A DNA stretch of 64,000 nt. Origin: an uncultured bacterium. GTDB taxonomy: Bacteria; Verrucomicrobiota; Verrucomicrobiia; Verrucomicrobiales; DEV007. The notes below the pieces were generated by a model. The model was not told the DNA's origin and did no database searches. It was given only the letters and a program-made list of their open reading frames with translations. Positions 57,536-64,000 of this stretch are shown here, piece after piece. The number at the start of each line of letters is the position of its first letter. Within the stretch, counting starts at the first letter, position 1. Location of the stretch: positions 192,001 through 256,000 of the forward strand of contig CAXBMO010000001.1 of the NCBI GenBank assembly GCA_963977015.1, given 5' to 3'. Made by a program: the position numbers and the translations under genes.

Positions 57536-60325
57536 ATGAAATTGACTCCACTTGTTCTCAGCCTCTGCTTCCTGGCCACGTCATACGGCCAGACGTTTGA
57601 TCCCAAAAAGGTGAAAGCTCAGCACGTCGATCCCAGCGAATTTGTGGCGATGGGCGATCTCGAGGTCACGCTTTGGGCGACCTCTCCCATGTTCTTCAAT
57701 CCCACGAACATGGATATTGATAAAGACGGGCGGATTTGGGTGGCGGAAGGCGTTCGCTATCGCCGGAATCACGAGCGTCGGCCTGAGGGTGATCGGATCA
57801 TGGTGCTGGAAGATCGGAACCGCGATGGCCGGGCGGACAAGAGCCACGTTTTTGTTCAGGAAGAAGCCCTGGTCGCCCCGCTCGGTATTGCCGTCATCGA
57901 CAACCAGGTCATCGTCTCCCAACCGCCGGAAATGATCGTTTACACGGACGTGGATCGGAATTTGAAATTTGATCCGGCCAAAGACAAACGTGAGGTGATC
58001 TTGACCGGCTTCCATGGGAAGAATCATGATCACAGTCTGCATTCGATCACGGTTGGGCCAGACTCGAAATGGTATTGGAATAGCGGAAACTGCGGAGCCA
58101 AATTCACGGACAACGAAGGCAAGACGTGGAATATCTGTAGCGGTTATCCGGGGACGCCGATCGGACCGTGGAAGAATCCCGAGCCAAACACGGAAGTCGC
58201 GGGACGCGAAAGTGCCGATGGCCATGTTTACGTGGGGGGATTTACCGTGCGCATGAATCCGGATGGAACCGGAGTCGAGGTGATTGGTCACAATTATCGA
58301 AACAGCTACGAGCAGAGCATTACCTCGGTTGGTGACGTGTTTCAGAATGACAATGATGATCCACCTGCCTGCCGGGTGAGCTACGTGATGGAATACGCGA
58401 ACTTTGGGTTTTCGAGCAATGACGGCAAGCGGACATGGCGGGCTGATCAACGGCCGGGCCAGTCGATTCCGATTGCAGAGTGGCGTCAGGAAGATCCGGG
58501 AATTTACCCTGCAGGCGATGTTTACGGCGGCGGTTCCCCAACCGGAAACGTGTTCTATGAGAACGGCGCGTTGGGACCGGAGTTTGAGGGAATGTTCCTC
58601 GCCTGTGAGCCGGGCCGGAACACGATATTTGGATACAAACCGGAGAAAAAGGGCGCAGGTTATGAACTGGAGCGATTCGACTTTCTCACGACAAATCCCA
58701 CCGGTGAATTTGCTGGTTCCGACTTTTTGGGAGGAAGCAACAGCGTCTCCGACGAAACACGAACCCTGTTTCGTCCGTCCGATATCGCGGTTGGTCCCGA
58801 TGGCGCGCTTTATGTGACGGACTGGTATGACGGGCGGGTCGGCGGACACCAGGATCTCGACACGTCCTGCTCGGGCGCAATTTATCGGATTGCCCCGAAG
58901 GGCTTTCGTCCTCACGTTCCCGAACTGAAGCTCAATACGATGAATGGCGCGATACAGGCGCTGAGAAGCCCGGCGGTGAATGTCCGCGAACTCGGGCGTC
59001 GCGCGTTGAAGGAGAAGGGAGACAAAGGGTTTGCCGCTTTGGAAGGGCAGCTCCGCGATTCCAATCCATTTCTCGCGGCCCGTGCGGTTTGGGTCATGGC
59101 GAAGATGGGGCGAGAGGGGCAGGATCGAGTCGAAGATCTGCTTCAGCACGAGGAGTCTCACATTCGGATTGCCGCGTTTCGCGCCCTGAGGAGGGAATGG
59201 TTTGAGCAACGCCGCCTTGCCGAGCCGAATCTGGAAAGCGAAGACAAGGAAATCCGACGAAAAGCGCGAAGCGACTGGGCGCGCCAGGAATTGAAGCTGT
59301 TGGTGGCCGTTGAAAAATTCACCAAGGACCCGGATCCGGCGGTTCGGCGTGAAGCCGCCTTGTCCCTCCGCGACATCGACTTCAATCAATGCCGCGACGC
59401 GCTTTGCCGCTTGGCAAAAGCCTACGATGGAAAGGATCGTTACATGCTCGAAGCCATTGGAACGGCCTGCACCGGAAAAGAGGAAGAGGCGTATCTCATC
59501 TTTCGACGCGGTCTCAAAGGTGGAAATCCTGCCGAATGGTCTGATGCCATGGCCAATCTGGCTTGGCGACTTCATTCGCCCGATGCCATCTCGGCTCACA
59601 AGCAGCGCGCGCTCTCCGAAGATTTGGACGATGCGCAGCGAAAGCAGGCCCTGGATGCCTTGGCCTTCACCAATCACCAGAAAGCCGCTGACGCCGTCTT
59701 GGAAGTCGCGGCGTTGGACAGTGCGGGCGCCCTGAAGGCAGATGCGACATGGTGGCTCCTAAACCGGTCCAACAATGATTGGAAAGAGTATGGGCTCGCG
59801 AGCGAATTGAAGGAGCGCGGCATCTACGATCCTGACAAGATCGAAATCCTGGAGGCCGTCGTTCCCAAACCCAGCCCGATTCCGGCGGTTCGCTATCCGG
59901 AGATGAGTGAGCTTCTTGCGATGAAGGGAGATCCCGAAAATGGCAAAAATGTGGCCATGCGCTGTATCATGTGTCACCAGGTTGGTGGGCAGGGCGTCAG
60001 CTACGGTCCTGCGTTGGACGGATGGGGCAAAACGCAGACCCGCGAAGTCATTTTTCAATCCATTATCGATCCTTCCGCCAGCATCGCCCACGGCTACAAA
60101 GGAACGGAAATCGTCACCAAAGATGGAAAGACGATTCACGGCTTGGTAATCTCAAACGGGAATCCCAAGATGGTGCGCTCGATGGGCGGCCTGACCCAAA
60201 CCATTCCCAAGAAACAGATTCAATCCGAGAAAGCTCTGGGACGCTCGCTGATGATGTCTGCGGCTCAGTTGGGAATTTCTCCCGAAGATTTGGTTGATCT
60301 GGTAGCCTACCTCAAAGCGAACTGA
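57536..60325 (+). CDS. PVC-type membrane-bound dehydrogenase / heme-binding CxxCH protein
   Basis: NPTNMDID..GRIWVAE propeller, HDHSLH, HEAT-like repeats, CIMCH, GPALDG, IAHGY. Confidence 0.9.
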   Translation: MKLTPLVLSLCFLATSYGQTFDPKKVKAQHVDPSEFVAMGDLEVTLWATSPMFFNPTNMDIDKDGRIWVAEGVRYRRNHERRPEGDRIMVLEDRNRDGRADKSHVFVQEEALVAPLGIAVIDNQVIVSQPPEMIVYTDVDRNLKFDPAKDKREVILTGFHGKNHDHSLHSITVGPDSKWYWNSGNCGAKFTDNEGKTWNICSGYPGTPIGPWKNPEPNTEVAGRESADGHVYVGGFTVRMNPDGTGVEVIGHNYRNSYEQSITSVGDVFQNDNDDPPACRVSYVMEYANFGFSSNDGKRTWRADQRPGQSIPIAEWRQEDPGIYPAGDVYGGGSPTGNVFYENGALGPEFEGMFLACEPGRNTIFGYKPEKKGAGYELERFDFLTTNPTGEFAGSDFLGGSNSVSDETRTLFRPSDIAVGPDGALYVTDWYDGRVGGHQDLDTSCSGAIYRIAPKGFRPHVPELKLNTMNGAIQALRSPAVNVRELGRRALKEKGDKGFAALEGQLRDSNPFLAARAVWVMAKMGREGQDRVEDLLQHEESHIRIAAFRALRREWFEQRRLAEPNLESEDKEIRRKARSDWARQELKLLVAVEKFTKDPDPAVRREAALSLRDIDFNQCRDALCRLAKAYDGKDRYMLEAIGTACTGKEEEAYLIFRRGLKGGNPAEWSDAMANLAWRLHSPDAISAHKQRALSEDLDDAQRKQALDALAFTNHQKAADAVLEVAALDSAGALKADATWWLLNRSNNDWKEYGLASELKERGIYDPDKIEILEAVVPKPSPIPAVRYPEMSELLAMKGDPENGKNVAMRCIMCHQVGGQGVSYGPALDGWGKTQTREVIFQSIIDPSASIAHGYKGTEIVTKDGKTIHGLVISNGNPKMVRSMGGLTQTIPKKQIQSEKALGRSLMMSAAQLGISPEDLVDLVAYLKAN

Positions 60326-60398
60326 GTTCGCTCCTTCCAGCCTCGGGCATCTCCGTTAGTCTGGTTGCCCAGTCGCGCCACCCGTGCGAAGCTCTTCA

Positions 60399-60734
60399 AT
60401 GCTGGACGACGAAACTCGAACCACGCTTCAAGACCGTCTTCTCGATGAAATCGCGGATGTTGAGGAAAAAATCGTGGTATTGGAGAAAGCGACCAAGCCC
60501 GTCGAGCCAGACAAGGCGATTGGCCGGCTGAGTCGTCTGGAGTCGATGAATGAGAAAAGCGTGCATGAAGCGGCGCTTCGTCAGGCTCAGGAACGTTTGT
60601 CCAAACTGGAAGTGGCGATGACGCGGGTGTTTGACCAGAACTTCGGCATTTGCACGGGGTGCGGCCAAGCCATCCCGGAGGAGCGCTTGCTCCTGTTGCC
60701 TGAAAGCACGCGATGTGTGAAGTGTGCCGGTTAG
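60399..60734 (+). CDS. TraR/DksA C4-type zinc finger protein
   Basis: PD.AIGRLSRLES, FGICTGCGQAIPEERL..LP....CVKCA. Confidence 0.88.
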   Translation: MLDDETRTTLQDRLLDEIADVEEKIVVLEKATKPVEPDKAIGRLSRLESMNEKSVHEAALRQAQERLSKLEVAMTRVFDQNFGICTGCGQAIPEERLLLLPESTRCVKCAG

Positions 60735-60756
60735 CGGCAATCTCGAGCCAGGCTTG

Positions 60757-62130
60757 TTAGCCTTTGCCCAACGCAAACACTTCGAATCCGGTCTCACGCA
60801 GAGCTTGGTGATCCATCAGATTCCGACCGTCAAAGAGGAAGGCCGGCTTGAACATCGACGCCTGAATGGCTTTCCAGTCAAGATCGCGGAATTCATCCCA
60901 TTCAGTGAGAATGGCCACGCCGTGGGCTTTATCGGTGGCTGCCATGGCGTCCGTGTGAAACTCAAGATTAGATTCCAACTTCTCGGCAGGCACACCAACA
61001 TAGAGGAGATCAGCCTTCATTTGCTCTTCGCTGACTTTCGGATCGTAAATCGCGACCTTGGCGTCCTCCATAATGAGGTCTCTACAGATGTAGATCGAGG
61101 CGGATTCGCGGGTGTCGTTGGTGTCTTTTTTGAAGGCAAACCCAAGAATGGAAATCTTCTTACCAGCTACGGTGTTGAACAGCGTGGAGACGATGCGCTG
61201 ACTGAAGCGGCGTTTTTGCCAGTCATTCATCGTGATGACTTGTTCCCAGTAGGCGGATACTTCGGGCAGGCCGAAATGCTCGCACAGGTAAACGAGGTTG
61301 AGGACATCCTTCTGGAAGCAGGATCCGCCGAAACCAACCGAAGCCTTGAGGAATTTCGGGCCGATGCGGGAGTCGGTTCCAATCGCCCGGGCGACTTCGT
61401 CCACATCCGCTCCCGTCTCCTCGCAGAGGGCGGAAATCGAATTGATGGAAGAGATACGCTGTGCCAGGAAGGCATTGGCGACCAGTTTGGAGAGCTCGGA
61501 AGACCAAAGATTCGTGGTGAGAATTCGATCTCTCGGCACCCAATGCTCGTAGACTTGCACCAGTTTCTCGACCGCTTCCTGTCCTTCTGGAGTCGTTGCT
61601 CCACCAATGAGAATACGATCTGGGTTCGTGAGATCGGAGATCGCGGTGCCTTCCGCGAGAAACTCAGGGTTCGACAGAACCTGGAAGGTCGCTTTACCGG
61701 TGTTCGCCGTGAGAATGGTGCGGAGGGCTTCAGCGGTCCGAACTGGAATCGTGCTCTTTTCGACAACGATTTTATGCCCTTCGGAAACATCGGCAATGGT
61801 TCGTGCAGCAAGCTCCACATAGCGCAAATCTGCAGCACGACCGGCACCGGCGCCGTAGGTTTTGGTCGGAGTGCCGACACTGACAAAGATGATTTCGGCT
61901 TCCTTGATTGCTCCTTCTACGTCCGTGGAGAAATGAAGATTGGTTCCGCGGATTTCCTGGACGATTTCGTCGAGGCCGGGCTCGAAAACTGGCAATTCAT
62001 CGGAATTCCACGCATCGACGCGAGCTTGATTGACGTCAACGACGGTGACTTGGATGTCCGGGCACTTGGCCGCGATCATAGCCATGGTTGGGCCGCCTAC
62101 ATATCCTGCTCCAATACAACAGATTTTCAT
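60757..62130 (-). CDS. ugd: UDP-glucose 6-dehydrogenase
   Basis: [58 protein letters not shown]. Confidence 0.95.
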   Translation of the reverse strand: MKICCIGAGYVGGPTMAMIAAKCPDIQVTVVDVNQARVDAWNSDELPVFEPGLDEIVQEIRGTNLHFSTDVEGAIKEAEIIFVSVGTPTKTYGAGAGRAADLRYVELAARTIADVSEGHKIVVEKSTIPVRTAEALRTILTANTGKATFQVLSNPEFLAEGTAISDLTNPDRILIGGATTPEGQEAVEKLVQVYEHWVPRDRILTTNLWSSELSKLVANAFLAQRISSINSISALCEETGADVDEVARAIGTDSRIGPKFLKASVGFGGSCFQKDVLNLVYLCEHFGLPEVSAYWEQVITMNDWQKRRFSQRIVSTLFNTVAGKKISILGFAFKKDTNDTRESASIYICRDLIMEDAKVAIYDPKVSEEQMKADLLYVGVPAEKLESNLEFHTDAMAATDKAHGVAILTEWDEFRDLDWKAIQASMFKPAFLFDGRNLMDHQALRETGFEVFALGKG

Positions 62131-62306
62131 GGTTCCGAGTTTGTCTCCTTAAATTAGATAAAAACTATAAATTTCAGTATAGCGAGGAGTATCCACTCTT
62201 TGTGTATTCGGGCAACAAAAAGTTTGCCGTCATCGAGGAGTGGTAAATCCGAGCATTTACCGAATCGATCGGGGCTGGTTCTCAACACCCGATTCTACGA
62301 TTCGAC

Positions 62307-62960
62307 CTACGGCTTTTGAATTTTTTTTCCAGGGATTGGCTGGGCAGGTTTAGCGGGGCCTCCTGAGCTGGGTGCAACCGCTCCTGTTCCGGGGGCCTTA
62401 ATGGGTCCTGCGCCAGGAGCCTTAACTGGAGCGCCAGCGGGAGCAGATGGTGGTGCTGAAAGAGGCTTTGCTGCACCCGGGATCGGTTGAGGAGATCCTG
62501 AAACGGGTGCTTTGGCTGGTTCAGGCTTGTTGGCTGCTGTTTTTTCATCCGCAGGTTTGGCGTCCGCCGGCTTGGCTGCGTTTGGCTGAGCTTTTACGGG
62601 AGAAGCGGAGGCGGCTGGCTGGCCTGATCCAGGCTTGTGGGTGAATCGGTTGCCGGGACCGTGTTCTTCAAACTTGGGGGCATTTCCTGATGCGGCATTT
62701 TCCCAAGTCACTTGGTTGTTTGATCCGGCAATGTGGGCTTGCCCCAACGTTCCGGTTTCCAAAGTATTGTCTTCACCTGCAATCACCAATGAGCTGACTT
62801 GCGCTGCTTTGATCTTATTGCGCATCCCGTTGATTTTTAACTGGCCACAGGAGCCTTTGACCTCGATCTCGCGATCCTTGTCACAAATCATGATATCTTG
62901 GCCGTTCGCCTCGACACTTTTGGCTGTGTTCACCGCGGTGATGATGATTGGACTACTCAT
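62307..62960 (-). CDS. DUF3060-like beta-solenoid protein with Pro/Ala/Lys-rich tail
   Basis: Repeats of (I/V)xGxxNx(I/L/V), followed by AKPAD/KAPG low-complexity tail. Confidence 0.68.
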   Translation of the reverse strand: MSSPIIITAVNTAKSVEANGQDIMICDKDREIEVKGSCGQLKINGMRNKIKAAQVSSLVIAGEDNTLETGTLGQAHIAGSNNQVTWENAASGNAPKFEEHGPGNRFTHKPGSGQPAASASPVKAQPNAAKPADAKPADEKTAANKPEPAKAPVSGSPQPIPGAAKPLSAPPSAPAGAPVKAPGAGPIKAPGTGAVAPSSGGPAKPAQPIPGKKIQKP

Positions 62961-63221
62961 AGTTTTGCAGGTTCGATCGGGGAACTTCGCCCCCGAAATG
63001 CATTATTGCCTTCATCCGGCAACTCGCCAAGCCTCAACTTGGGCTAGTTTTTTGCGAGCGGGAAATTGGACGAAGTTTCGATTTTGACTGCTTTTTCAGA
63101 CATTCGCTTCGTCATTTTCTCGTTGAGAGGCGGTTTTGTCGGGTATCAGCCTCTCGGAGAACTTCCTAACACACCTTTTCCATTGATTCAGCGGGCCTGT
63201 TGGTCGAACTAATTCACCATT

Positions 63222-63614
63222 ATGGCTAAAGGCTACGAACTCGAAGGAAACATCCACAAGATCGAAGACACCCAGGAATTCAAAAGCGGTTTCACCAAGC
63301 GCGAATTCGTGGTGGAGTCCAAGGATGGACAATACTCACAAATGATCAAATTCGAGTGTGTGAAGGACAAAACGGCTTTGCTCGACGGGCTTACCGTTGG
63401 CGACAAGGTGAAAGTCCACTTCGACATTCGTGGGAACGAATACAACGGCAGGTTTTTCGTGAATCTCAACGCCTGGCGCATTGAGCAGGCAGGCGATTCC
63501 GGTGGCGATCGAGTTGCCGAACCCGATGGTTTTGGTGATTCCGACGCACCTCCTTCGCATCTCAGCGAGCCGCCAACCGGTTACGATGACGAGAATCCCA
63601 ACAGCCCCTTTTAA
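63222..63614 (+). CDS. DUF3127 family protein (OB-fold, SSB-like)
   Basis: GFTKREFVV, Q.IKFE..KDK, VHFDIRGNEYNGRFFVNLNAWRI. Acidic tail ending PF. Confidence 0.88.
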   Translation: MAKGYELEGNIHKIEDTQEFKSGFTKREFVVESKDGQYSQMIKFECVKDKTALLDGLTVGDKVKVHFDIRGNEYNGRFFVNLNAWRIEQAGDSGGDRVAEPDGFGDSDAPPSHLSEPPTGYDDENPNSPF

Positions 63615-63646
63615 GGGAGCGTCAGGGAAAAAGTTCGTTGGTGCGA

Positions 63647-63677
63647 GGCGCGGATCTTAAACGATCCCGCCCTTTTT
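63647..63677 (+). terminator. Possible terminator between convergent DUF3127 and msrA genes
   Basis: GGCG(C)GGATC-TTAAAC-GATCCCGCC followed by CTTTTT. Confidence 0.35.
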
Positions 63678-64000
63678 ACTTTGGCTTGGTTCCTGAGCCC
63701 TTGATCTGCTTTGCCGATGTTCCCATGGGGATCGTCATTCCAAGCTTCATCAACTTGGGAAAAAGCTGCTGGTGGAGATAGGGATTTCCGGGATTGAGCC
63801 GCGCGTAATTCTGATGGTATTCTTCGGCGACGTAAAACTCAGGAGCTTCGGTGATTTCCGTGACAATTGGGTTGGTAAATTTGCCGGATGAATCCGCTTT
63901 TTTCTTTGAGGCCTCGGCAATCGCTTTTTGCTCGGGAGAGTGGTAGAAAATCGCCGAGCGGTATTGAGGCCCGCGATCCGGCCCCTGGCGATTCAACGTC
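63676..64000 (-). CDS. msrA: Peptide methionine sulfoxide reductase A, C-terminal part
   Basis: [32 protein letters not shown]. Truncated by the window end. Confidence 0.92.
   Translation of the reverse strand, partial: TLNRQGPDRGPQYRSAIFYHSPEQKAIAEASKKKADSSGKFTNPIVTEITEAPEFYVAEEYHQNYARLNPGNPYLHQQLFPKLMKLGMTIPMGTSAKQIKGSGTKPK

Noticed and set aside
57581-59677. 698-aa minus-strand ORF
   Set aside because: Antisense shadow of the PVC-type dehydrogenase.
60724-62157. 477-aa plus-strand ORF
   Set aside because: Antisense shadow of ugd.
1-64000. rRNA, tRNA, CRISPR array, prophage or transposase
   Set aside because: None recognised by eye. Intergenic gaps are short and show no cloverleaf or repeat-spacer pattern, but Infernal/tRNAscan were not run.

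Overview
Chromosomal DNA of roughly 55-60% GC (estimated by eye), most likely from a Verrucomicrobiota (PVC) bacterium. The evidence is DUF1501 and DUF1549/DUF1553 cytochrome genes, a PVC-type CxxCH dehydrogenase, sulfatases and Tat-exported Gfo/Idh/MocA enzymes. About 54 genes can be supported. Housekeeping genes include partial nuoG, nuoD, a yejBEA-like ABC transporter, aroB, thiD, ruvB, bamA-skp-lpxD, tal, galM, ugd and partial msrA; the rest are PVC-typical accessory genes. No rRNA, tRNA, CRISPR array or transposase was seen. Most notable observations: (1) An identical 26-bp sequence containing the palindrome TTTGTGAAATTTTTCACAAA (Rex/CRP-like) precedes both dispersed complex I genes, nuoG and nuoD, 39.5 kb apart. 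(2) A GxxExxY nuclease-family gene is bracketed by 25-bp, 9-mer-periodic inverted repeats and sits between a DUF1553 and a DUF1501 gene like an intervening cassette. (3) An intact integron-integrase homologue has its catalytic Arg and Lys swapped and no visible cassette array. (4) There is a sharp strand-skew reversal at an AT-rich island near 13.7 kb. (5) A ~207-bp TA-flanked MITE-like element is present. (6) Membrane-anchored pseudo-enzymes occur (a tandem pseudokinase and a dead STAND-like ATPase). (7) A leaderless promoter geometry recurs. All calls come from reading the sequence and recalling family motifs; no database searches were run.
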